A stretch of DNA of 64,000 bases, taken from IMG/VR virus record IMGVR_UViG_3300047548_000777, positions 13,592 through 77,591 of that record; one strand, written 5' to 3'. Positions 1 to 8,106 of the stretch are shown in pieces. Position 1 is the stretch's first letter, and every line of letters starts with the position of its first letter. Under the pieces are notes generated by a model. The model saw nothing but the letters and a program-made list of their open reading frames with translations, ran no database searches and was not told the DNA's origin. The stretch is from a virus. Position numbers and translations under genes: made by a program.

Positions 1-153
1 TTTACCTTTGGTAAATCTACTCACTTGGTATTTTTGCAGTGCCGCTTCCATGCAATCTTCACAGTTTTCCGGAAGGTCTCCTGCGATTTTAATTTTGAAT
101 GCGTACTTTTTTTCTTCTGCATTTTCTTTTAGGTATTCAATAAATCTTTTCAT
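1..153 (-). CDS. Hypothetical protein, 5' part only (runs off the window)
   Basis: Not in the ORF track. Read manually from ATG at 153: MKRFIEYLKENAEEKKYAFKIKIAGDLPENCEDCMEAALQKYQVSRFTKGK, open to base 1. ATAAATA late-promoter motif at 172-178. Confidence 0.8.
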   Translation of the reverse strand, partial: MKRFIEYLKENAEEKKYAFKIKIAGDLPENCEDCMEAALQKYQVSRFTKGK

Positions 154-170
154 AATTTTATCCCGATACC

Positions 171-671
171 TTATTTATTCATATTTTTAAGTTTTTCAAG
201 TAGGCTATTACGGTCTGTGACAATGACACCTTCTCCTTGAACAACTTCCCCTTCGGAGCTGCCTGATTTTTGATCTATTGCTTGCTTTTTAATTTGCAAC
301 TCTATCATTTTGAGTTTTTTATCTATCTTGGCGCTTTTTGCATCTATCGCATTTTTAAGCATACCTGCGGCAACTTCGAAAACACGCCCGCTATATCTTG
401 CTTCAACATTCATTCCAAGATCCATGAGATCATCAAATGCATCTGTAGCACGTTGCGCTAAAGAATCTAGTTCACTATCGCTAACTTCGCCAAGTCCTTT
501 TACCTGAGGTAGCGCAGCACTAATTTTATCTAAATCACCAATATCTCTAAACATAGGAGCAGAAGCTTTTTCAGCTTCTTTTTTCTCATAATAGTCTGTC
601 ATACGGTTAGTATTAGTTACTATTTTTTTAGATTCTGGTAGATTCAAGACTTCTTCTAATCGTTTTGTCAT
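171..671 (-). CDS. Hypothetical helical/coiled-coil protein in the head-completion cluster
   Basis: 166-aa ORF packed against its neighbours, preceded by TAAGTA-N5-ATG. No recognisable catalytic motif. Confidence 0.75.
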   Translation of the reverse strand: MTKRLEEVLNLPESKKIVTNTNRMTDYYEKKEAEKASAPMFRDIGDLDKISAALPQVKGLGEVSDSELDSLAQRATDAFDDLMDLGMNVEARYSGRVFEVAAGMLKNAIDAKSAKIDKKLKMIELQIKKQAIDQKSGSSEGEVVQGEGVIVTDRNSLLEKLKNMNK

Positions 672-679
672 ATGTTTAC

Positions 680-1120
680 TTATCTTTTTCTAGGAGTAAG
701 AGAAAACAGATCTTGTTCATTTAATACACGAAACTTGACACCTTGTTTTCGACACCAAGCGGTAGCTGCTTGCCATTTAGCCATGTTACGTGCATACTCT
801 ATTTGATTATGCTTACTACGCCCCACATGCTCTTTCATTGTTTGATTACGAGGCTTGACCTCTATCAGTTCAACATGCATTTTTCCTTCTCTATCTACAT
901 ATTGGATAAAGAAGTCAGGTACGTATACTGTTTGTTTTCCGGTCATTGGACAACGATAAGGTATTGCAATTGCCTCACTTGCCCACTTAACAATAGCTGG
1001 GTGTGTATCGCAAGTTTTGCAAAAGGTGTATTCCCAACTACTACGATATGTCGGTTGACGATTACCTATATATTTTTCTGGATTTTGTACCTGATATTTT
1101 CCACTAGCGAATCGTTTCAT
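680..1120 (-). CDS. gp4: Head completion nuclease (T4 gp4-like, TnsA/PD-(D/E)xK fold)
   Basis: NPEKYIG, YRSSWE, WASE..IPY, YVPDF and IEVKP motifs, and KWQAA..WC...G..F.VLNE, typical of T4 gp4 homologues. Confidence 0.85.
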   Translation of the reverse strand: MKRFASGKYQVQNPEKYIGNRQPTYRSSWEYTFCKTCDTHPAIVKWASEAIAIPYRCPMTGKQTVYVPDFFIQYVDREGKMHVELIEVKPRNQTMKEHVGRSKHNQIEYARNMAKWQAATAWCRKQGVKFRVLNEQDLFSLTPRKR

Positions 1121-1485
1121 GGTCTAATATTACGGCTTTCTGTTGTTTCTTCAGCAGTTAATACCCTGTAACCTAGTAAACTTATTTTTTCTCTGCTAGA
1201 GTTCATGACCTGTGTAACCACATTACTAAGTTGTACATCTTGCAATCCTTTTAAAGTATCAAGCAGCTGAAACACGTTGACGTTATCAATTCTAGCCTGA
1301 TTTAATAAAACGATTGCAGTACTTTTGGCACCCAACTCGTTGAAACCTCGTTTTAGAAAAAACCCAACCACTGCATCAATTTGTGCTGCAGGGAAAGATA
1401 CTGGTTCTGTAAAGTACCGATTAAAGAATAATTTAATTTCATCACTGCTATCAGTAGAAGTATCTTGTTGTGGTAAATTTGTCAT
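1117..1485 (-). CDS. Hypothetical protein (probable baseplate/virion protein)
   Basis: 122-aa ORF translationally coupled to both neighbours in the structural operon. Confidence 0.7.
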   Translation of the reverse strand: MTNLPQQDTSTDSSDEIKLFFNRYFTEPVSFPAAQIDAVVGFFLKRGFNELGAKSTAIVLLNQARIDNVNVFQLLDTLKGLQDVQLSNVVTQVMNSSREKISLLGYRVLTAEETTESRNIRP

Positions 1486-1486
1486 A

Positions 1487-2563
1487 TTAGAATAAATTTC
1501 TTAAATTTTGAGTAGCTGTGGTTATACTTCTTGCAGTAGCTTGTACTGTCCTTACTGCACTCGCTACAGGAAAGGCTACGTTCTGAACACCGCTAACTGC
1601 TCTATTCGAGATTGCTGTGGCTGCAGCCAATACGCCAGATACTGTGTCTAAAGTACTTAGTTTTTGGTTACCTAGCGATTTTAAATTTTGATATGTATTT
1701 ACAGCAGTTACGGCAGTTGATAATACCCCTAGAGGACTTCCTGTTGCAGTACCGTCTGCAATAGCACCGAAAACACTAGTTGCACCATCTATTGCACCGG
1801 CAACTCTGCGCACATTTCCTCCGAGTCCATACGGACTTGGTCTTGTATCATAATGTTCGATGCCAAACCCTGGAGGATTACCTTGATACACCACTCCATT
1901 ATTATACGAAACTGCTTCGTAAATTAAAGTCATGCTCTGTTCTGCAGGTTGGCTGGTACTGTAATCTAAACTAGCGTGATTCCAGGTTTGTATTATGGGG
2001 TTAACTAATGTATAGCTATTCCAGTAACCTCTAGCCATTTGATATATCGTTATATCATTAAAAAACATAGGATAGCTATTATTGTCTAACCCGTAAAGAG
2101 TACCAATATATGCACCAGATTTAGTTGCGTTACGGCTATATGCCCCTAATCTAGTTGCGCTAGTTGGATCTGCATAATAGTATTTGTAGTAACTTTCCCA
2201 GAGCTGTCTAGTTACACCTGCGTTATCATCATGAAATGTTATCGTAACCGGTTGATAATCTATCTTAACCTGTGTGTTCTTTTTTCTATTATACTGATTC
2301 AATGTATCTGTTTGAACAACGAATTTAGGAAGCTCGGCATCCTTAACTAACATGTTGATCTCGTTCTGATGACGAACTTTAAACCCCATGTTAGACATAA
2401 CTATTGCGTTGTCATTTATGTTAAATCTAACATAATATAAGAATTTAGCCTTGGGGGCTAGTCTATGATCGTTATCAACGAAAAGTTTAGAGGCGTGATC
2501 AAAATCCCGAAGGTTAATATCACCATAAGAATTACCGAAATATTTGTTAGATTTGCTTGCCAT
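1487..2563 (-). CDS. Tail-tube-like protein (gp19 paralogue, possibly a gp54-like tube initiator)
   Basis: ELPKF...NQYNRK...I.YQPVTITFHDD and S.TLIYE tube-fold motifs. Start moved from 2611 to MASKSNKY (2563), which follows TAAATA-N5 and lies after the upstream terminator. Confidence 0.7.
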   Translation of the reverse strand: MASKSNKYFGNSYGDINLRDFDHASKLFVDNDHRLAPKAKFLYYVRFNINDNAIVMSNMGFKVRHQNEINMLVKDAELPKFVVQTDTLNQYNRKKNTQVKIDYQPVTITFHDDNAGVTRQLWESYYKYYYADPTSATRLGAYSRNATKSGAYIGTLYGLDNNSYPMFFNDITIYQMARGYWNSYTLVNPIIQTWNHASLDYSTSQPAEQSMTLIYEAVSYNNGVVYQGNPPGFGIEHYDTRPSPYGLGGNVRRVAGAIDGATSVFGAIADGTATGSPLGVLSTAVTAVNTYQNLKSLGNQKLSTLDTVSGVLAAATAISNRAVSGVQNVAFPVASAVRTVQATARSITTATQNLRNLF

Positions 2564-2613
2564 ACTAATATTTAGTAATCGAAGTAATATACGTATATAA
2601 CGATTACCCAAAG

Positions 2614-2637
2614 AAAAAGGCCCCTAGGGGCCTTTTT
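2614..2637 (-). terminator. Intrinsic terminator after the tail tube gene
   Basis: AAAAAGGCCCC-TA-GGGGCCTTTTT inverted repeat with T runs on both strands. Confidence 0.85.
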
Positions 2638-2645
2638 ATTAAGTA

Positions 2646-3269
2646 TTAACCTCCACCGGTGGTCATACTTCCTTGTGTACGTCCTACGTTTACGCCAACT
2701 CCAGAACCATCTGCCTTCTGGATAGCGTTATCGTACTTGATACTGGCTGTAATTAGAACCGGTTCATTAGCGTTATATGCTAGATTGTTATAGTTAACGT
2801 TTTCTAAATAGCAACCGTATAGTTCCCAAGTTTCTAATACAGCAGGAGTGAACTGACCGTTACCGCCATCTAGTATTTCGATACGAGTTACGAACTTGTA
2901 GTCAATACCAGATGCAGCACTAGCTTGCTCATAGAAGTCAAACTGCTTCTGTAACTGCTCACCAAATAGCTTGCTTACAACACCAGTTACTTCGTCTCTT
3001 ACGTTTAGAGTAATTGGACTCCAGGTGTGTTTACCTGCTAGATAAACACGACTGTTGTAAACATCGACTGTAATTGGATCGAACGCAACTGTTGGGCGTG
3101 TGACGTCCTGCACCTGCTTAGAGATTTCAGTAACAGGTGTGTTAAAACCGAAGTTTTCTAAAGTAACGCGAAAGCGATACTTTAGCTTCGGCATTAACAA
3201 ACCTTGTGTGCTAGCACTTTGATCACTTGCTAACGGGACCGTTAGTTTTGTTAATGTAGAAATTGACAT
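2646..3269 (-). CDS. gp19: Tail tube protein (T4 gp19-like)
   Basis: 207 aa, immediately downstream of the sheath. PKLKYRFRV, YLAGKHTW.PITL..RD and WELYGC...I.YDNA motifs. Confidence 0.85.
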   Translation of the reverse strand: MSISTLTKLTVPLASDQSASTQGLLMPKLKYRFRVTLENFGFNTPVTEISKQVQDVTRPTVAFDPITVDVYNSRVYLAGKHTWSPITLNVRDEVTGVVSKLFGEQLQKQFDFYEQASAASGIDYKFVTRIEILDGGNGQFTPAVLETWELYGCYLENVNYNNLAYNANEPVLITASIKYDNAIQKADGSGVGVNVGRTQGSMTTGGG

Positions 3270-3288
3270 TTTATTATTCCTTTAATAA

Positions 3289-6200
3289 TTATAGTCCAGA
3301 AATCTCGCCAGTATTCTTTAAGCGTAGAGGAATGTAAATAAATTCCACTGCTTTTACTGGTTCAATTGCGATATCGATCCAGAGCTCGTTACGATCAATT
3401 CTGTTTGGGGTGTTGTTACTTTCGTCACAAACAACCAAGAAGTCGTATAAAGCACGCTGACCTACTAATTCAACTAGTAAACTTTCGCAAGCGCCTTTGA
3501 TCTCATCACGGGTAACTTTATCGTTTGGTTCAAAGATGTAAGGTTTAACTAACTGGCTTAGTTGTCTACGTAAGTAGATTACTAAACGAGCTACGTTAAT
3601 GCGATCTAGCGCACTAGCAGTCTTTGCACGAGTCTTCTGTCCATAGTTAACTAATCCAGTTCCAGTGAAGAAAGTAATTGGATTAATCTTAGCTTCGTAT
3701 AGAGTATCACGCTGTCCATTGTTTAGTGCAACGGTCTTGAATTCGCCTTCTTGACCATCAACATATCCCACGCTAGTAGCATTGGTGATTCCGCCACGAC
3801 GTAATCCTGCCGGAGCAAACCAAGGATAAGCAACTTGATCGTTTAATGCAATGGTTCTTAGTATCATGTGGCTTGGTGGTACAACTACGTTATTACCGAA
3901 GTTGTCACTAGTAAAGCCCCAAGGATAGAACATAGCCATGTATTCGTCATAGCTTGCTGCTCCAATATCATTGTCCTCTACTGCACCATTCAAGTTCATA
4001 CCCCATGCATTTAAACTTGTTGCATCACTCGTTAGACGAGCAGGTGTATCACCAACTACGAACGCCGTTAGGCCTCGATCAAAGTTTAAGCTAACCAGTT
4101 CGCCGATTAGTTCAGGATATCCTGGACAAGCCATTAGGTTAAACACTCTGGATTCTTCGTCACGAATCTGTTGATTTTGTCCAACTAAACTTTGTAGAGC
4201 TTTTACAACTACCACACGCTGAGCCTTACGTCCAAAGCTTCCGCTTCCGTCAGCCTGGTTTGCACTGACCGTTACCCAACGATGTGGATAATAATCAGTC
4301 ATTAGTTCGTCAGCTACTCGAGCATTTCTAGATAATGTATCAATGTGATTTAATCGGAATTCCTTGACATTAAATCCGCTACGACGTAAATTCCATAGTA
4401 GCATGCCACGTGGATACAATGCTGGATCTGGTGCATCTGGGTCTACGTAATCTTCTGTTAACAGAGATTCAATAGATCCAGCAACATCGCTGTTTTGTCC
4501 AGTTGTGTTATAGCGAGCATCTGCAAACAATACGCCGTTGTCGGTGCTTTGATCGGCCTTGTCAACTAACAGCCACTTGGATAGGTCTGCGTCGTACTTG
4601 TAGATCATTGGGAAATTTTCAAGATCATCTGTACTGATCCAGATATCTCCGGTTACTAGCGGAGTAGTATCACGTTGAGTTTCAGGTGCCGTTGCTTGTA
4701 CGAACGGTCCTTGGGCATCTGCATCAGGGAATTCATTCCTGTATCCAACCCAATTCGATCCATCATGTACCATTAGATCAACCTCGTCGATGATACTGCT
4801 GTACCATAGGCGACCATTTTCAGTTAAACTAGTTGGAGCATCTGCAGATGCAACGTACACCAAAGGCTCCCATAAGCTTGCTACAAAATCATGCGAGTCG
4901 GTATCAGCATATAAGTTAATTGTACCAGTCCCTGTAGTAGGATTGAATGGGGATAACCCTAGGTCTGATAATGGACTTCCTACACCGTCACTTAGGTGGA
5001 TATCACCGCCTGTATCGTGACTAATAACTACTCGATTCTGACTGTCAATTTCTGCAGTAACATGAGTTAACCCTGCTTGATTAATTGCACCTGCTAATGC
5101 TTCTGCATTAAGAATTGCGCTAGTAGGTGCAGGAATACTAACAGAAACTACTTCGGTGTTTAACGCATCAGAGCCCGCTACAGTTTCAGCGATAACAAAT
5201 TGATATGCGCCAGTTGTAGAACTCTGGATGTTTGTCACTGTTACTGTGAAGTTATCAGTCGGAGAGGTACCGCCTATTGCGGTACCTGGGACTGTGATTG
5301 TGTCACCAATGCTAAACCCAGTTCCTCTATTGTTAATAGATACGGAGACTTCTAATGTAGAAGGTGCAACAACAAATGTTAGTGTTAGCCCTGTTCCGCT
5401 GGTATCAGTGGCGGAAAGTGCACCGGTAGTATAGGTTCCCTCAGTTACGCCGACGACAGAGCCTAACGATAGTGCGCTAACTTGTCCAGTTATCTGTTGA
5501 TTTCCCGGAGTGAATGTAGTTTGCGTAATTTTCTCGGTTCTAATTTGGGTAGGACCGACTGCTTTTCTACGGAACACTTTGAAATTTGCTAGAGGAGCCG
5601 TGTCTTCATTATAATTAAACTTGACATACACGCTTCCTGCTGCTAGGTTGTTGCCACCGCCTGCTTTATCTAAGCTGTATAATGCAGTTTGTGCATTTTG
5701 GAACATTGGTGCATTGACTGCACTGAATGCCTTTGTCGCACTATTGTATCTGCTCAATCTCCAACGGGCACCTAGGTTTGGTTCAGTTGTCTTAATCCAT
5801 ACGCTACCAGTGACTGCTGGCGTATTTCCGCTGGACTTCCATTGCGGAACTTGTGTGTGCGGTGCAATAGATATCTTTGGTTGATTTGCTGTAATGTTGC
5901 TGTAGCTAGTTTTCCAATCTTCGCTACCGACTTCTACCCAAGACCCGGCGCCATTTCTATACCAAATAGTCATAGGATGACTATCAGTTAAAGCAGGGGT
6001 AGCTGGATTTGTGTCAACTGTGACAATTGCGTAGCTACCAACTTTTCCTACAGATGCTGTTGGACCAGAAGTTGCTGGATCAACCTTGGTTGGATCAGTG
6101 ATAACTAAAGGAACTTTATTGACAAACTTTTGTCCTCCCTGTGTCACTGGGCGACCATCCCACTCGAAGATGCCCCACTGAGTGGTTTGTGTGTCTAACC

Positions 6201-6606
6201 AATATGTTCCGTTTCTAGGTTCTGCAGTTGGTTCGTTCGCACTAGCATCTAATTGATTTAAATCTAGATCAGCTCTAACAACAAATGCACGGTTACTTAC
6301 ACCTAAAAAGCTATAAGCAGCATGTAGTCCATATTCATTTTGTTCACCTGCGTGAATAGGATTTCCATTTACATCAGTTTTGAACACCGGATCACCGAAT
6401 GTATCAACTAAGTCTTTCTGGCTGGTAATTAAATATACTTGGCCGGCGTTAGCCTTTAATGTACCTGGAGCAATGCCATCTCCTGCTCCATTTGTTTTGT
6501 TTTCAGCAGAAGCAACAACCAATAAAGGTGTTGTTCCAGGTTCTGCTGGTGTGTAAAACGATTCGTCAATTACTTTGACTTCCACGCCTGGTGAAGTTAA
6601 TGCCAT
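3289..6606 (-). CDS. gp18: Contractile tail sheath protein (T4 gp18-like) with large insertions
   Basis: N-terminal LTSPGVEV.VIDES. C-terminal PWFAPAGLRRG, INPI, GQKT, LDRINVARL, FEPND..TR, VCDESNNTP..ID and IEPVKAVEFIYI. Confidence 0.95.
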   Translation of the reverse strand: MALTSPGVEVKVIDESFYTPAEPGTTPLLVVASAENKTNGAGDGIAPGTLKANAGQVYLITSQKDLVDTFGDPVFKTDVNGNPIHAGEQNEYGLHAAYSFLGVSNRAFVVRADLDLNQLDASANEPTAEPRNGTYWLDTQTTQWGIFEWDGRPVTQGGQKFVNKVPLVITDPTKVDPATSGPTASVGKVGSYAIVTVDTNPATPALTDSHPMTIWYRNGAGSWVEVGSEDWKTSYSNITANQPKISIAPHTQVPQWKSSGNTPAVTGSVWIKTTEPNLGARWRLSRYNSATKAFSAVNAPMFQNAQTALYSLDKAGGGNNLAAGSVYVKFNYNEDTAPLANFKVFRRKAVGPTQIRTEKITQTTFTPGNQQITGQVSALSLGSVVGVTEGTYTTGALSATDTSGTGLTLTFVVAPSTLEVSVSINNRGTGFSIGDTITVPGTAIGGTSPTDNFTVTVTNIQSSTTGAYQFVIAETVAGSDALNTEVVSVSIPAPTSAILNAEALAGAINQAGLTHVTAEIDSQNRVVISHDTGGDIHLSDGVGSPLSDLGLSPFNPTTGTGTINLYADTDSHDFVASLWEPLVYVASADAPTSLTENGRLWYSSIIDEVDLMVHDGSNWVGYRNEFPDADAQGPFVQATAPETQRDTTPLVTGDIWISTDDLENFPMIYKYDADLSKWLLVDKADQSTDNGVLFADARYNTTGQNSDVAGSIESLLTEDYVDPDAPDPALYPRGMLLWNLRRSGFNVKEFRLNHIDTLSRNARVADELMTDYYPHRWVTVSANQADGSGSFGRKAQRVVVVKALQSLVGQNQQIRDEESRVFNLMACPGYPELIGELVSLNFDRGLTAFVVGDTPARLTSDATSLNAWGMNLNGAVEDNDIGAASYDEYMAMFYPWGFTSDNFGNNVVVPPSHMILRTIALNDQVAYPWFAPAGLRRGGITNATSVGYVDGQEGEFKTVALNNGQRDTLYEAKINPITFFTGTGLVNYGQKTRAKTASALDRINVARLVIYLRRQLSQLVKPYIFEPNDKVTRDEIKGACESLLVELVGQRALYDFLVVCDESNNTPNRIDRNELWIDIAIEPVKAVEFIYIPLRLKNTGEISGL

Positions 6607-6719
6607 ATTAGTTTACTCCTAAAGGTTCTATGTCTTCACTTATATTTAGCCCGTTTTGTAAAAAAAGTCCTTTTATAACTACAAAAAAGGGGAACAAAAG
6701 GGATAATATAAATAGCTAT

Positions 6720-7058
6720 ATGTCCAGACCTTTGTGTATTTGTGGTTTTAGACCAGCTGCAATTAACTATATTAAAGAAGGAAAAACACACTATCGACGA
6801 AAATGCGAAGTGTGTCTTTCTGGTGGTATCGCAAAGGGAATACCTAAGTGGTATCAAGACGGTTATCGAATAAAATCCAAATGTGACAAATGCGGATTTT
6901 CATCTAAACATATCGAACAATTTAATGTATTTCATGTGGATGGTGATATGAATAACACCAGAATTGTAAATCTAAAAACAGTATGTGCTAACTGTCAAAG
7001 AGTTCTTGCTAAAGAAGGCATTACCTGGCGGGCTGGTGGGATTCAACCAGACCTTTAA
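6720..7058 (+). CDS. Zn-finger HNH-like protein
   Basis: CxC and CxxC pairs and an HVDGD..N....NL.TVCANC HNH-type motif. Start moved to MSRPLC (6720), 5 nt after TATAAATA. Confidence 0.75.
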   Translation: MSRPLCICGFRPAAINYIKEGKTHYRRKCEVCLSGGIAKGIPKWYQDGYRIKSKCDKCGFSSKHIEQFNVFHVDGDMNNTRIVNLKTVCANCQRVLAKEGITWRAGGIQPDL

Positions 7059-7671
7059 CGCTATCAAACAGATCTAGCATGGATCCATTGTTTAAAATCA
7101 CACAATCTATACTGGCGCCAACCCAGCTACTTTCGCTCGTATGTACACCGGTCGCATCTAAATAAATTTTTGATTCATTCCACTGTGGATTACCAGTTGG
7201 GCCTTTGTTTACTACTTCAGCATGCTGGACCCAATAAGGATCTTCTCCGCGTTTAATGCGTACCACTAGACCTCCTGCATTTTTAATGGCGGCAATTTCG
7301 TTAGGAAACCTAACATCGCTGATAACAATATTAGTATCAGTATTTCTGACCCTATTTTCTAGACTAGCGATCCAGATATCATCATGAAATCCGATTCTAC
7401 AAACCTCTGTGCCCCATTGCTGTAAAACCCAACGTGGGGTTAGATTAGGTATATTCAATCGGTTAGACCACCAGGTGTCTACTTGTTCTCGCCATTCTCG
7501 AGCTTCTTTAGTTCGGCCTTCTATCATTTCTCTATCCCATCCAAACACTGCAGCCACAGCATCTTTAAGTGTATTAGCGAAACTATCTCTCTTAAATCCG
7601 CAATGCTGCACTAAGTAATCTGCAGCAGTATCTTTCCCACTACCTATTAATCCCACTAGACCTATTAGCAT
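7021..7671 (-). CDS. gp1: Deoxynucleoside monophosphate kinase (T4 gp1-like)
   Basis: P-loop GLIGSGKDT, SFA..LK, TPR..LQ..GTE, ISDVRFPNE and H.SE motifs. GGAG SD before ATG 7671. Confidence 0.9.
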   Translation of the reverse strand: MLIGLVGLIGSGKDTAADYLVQHCGFKRDSFANTLKDAVAAVFGWDREMIEGRTKEAREWREQVDTWWSNRLNIPNLTPRWVLQQWGTEVCRIGFHDDIWIASLENRVRNTDTNIVISDVRFPNEIAAIKNAGGLVVRIKRGEDPYWVQHAEVVNKGPTGNPQWNESKIYLDATGVHTSESSWVGASIDCVILNNGSMLDLFDSVKGLVESHQPAR

Positions 7672-7691
7672 AATAATCTCCAAACTATTAT

Positions 7692-7720
7692 AGTATAATA
7701 GATTTTTAGAGAGTTGTCAA
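7692..7720 (-). promoter_or_regulatory. Sigma70-type (early/middle) promoter of the dNMP kinase
   Basis: TTGACA-17 nt-TATACT directly upstream of the kinase SD. Confidence 0.75.
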
Positions 7721-7724
7721 AGAA

Positions 7725-8105
7725 TTATACACCGTATTTGTTCTTTTTCTTTTTAGGCGTTGGACTAGATTTGTTAACAGAATCAAGTTCTAGACTACGC
7801 ATGTCACCTTTATTTAAATCAGTGTAACTTGCACCTGCCGCTTTATATGCCAATTTAAGCATATCCTGTTCTTCTTTAGTATAAGGATGTGCAGACTTTT
7901 CCTTGCCAATCCAAGATTCTTTATCTATATTTGGTGGGGTTTTTCCATCTGTGCCGGCCACGGCCATGCCCATACGGTAAGCAACATAATCACTGTTTGC
8001 ACGAACCGCATCATGATAGGTGTTTGCGCCTGGCATGGATTGCTGCTGCCGTTTTGTTAATTTTGCTCGGTTTTTACCCTCAGAAATTATTTCATTTATT
8101 TTCAT
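7725..8105 (-). CDS. Small basic protein, candidate head-packaged internal protein
   Basis: Likely start MKINEIISE (8105), just after the upstream stop. Lys-rich C-terminus. Confidence 0.7.
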   Translation of the reverse strand: MKINEIISEGKNRAKLTKRQQQSMPGANTYHDAVRANSDYVAYRMGMAVAGTDGKTPPNIDKESWIGKEKSAHPYTKEEQDMLKLAYKAAGASYTDLNKGDMRSLELDSVNKSSPTPKKKKNKYGV

Positions 8106-8106
8106 A

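Noticed and set aside
171-671. Terminase small subunit call
   Set aside because: Size and helical character fit, but no diagnostic motif is visible and no large terminase is in the window. Left as hypothetical.
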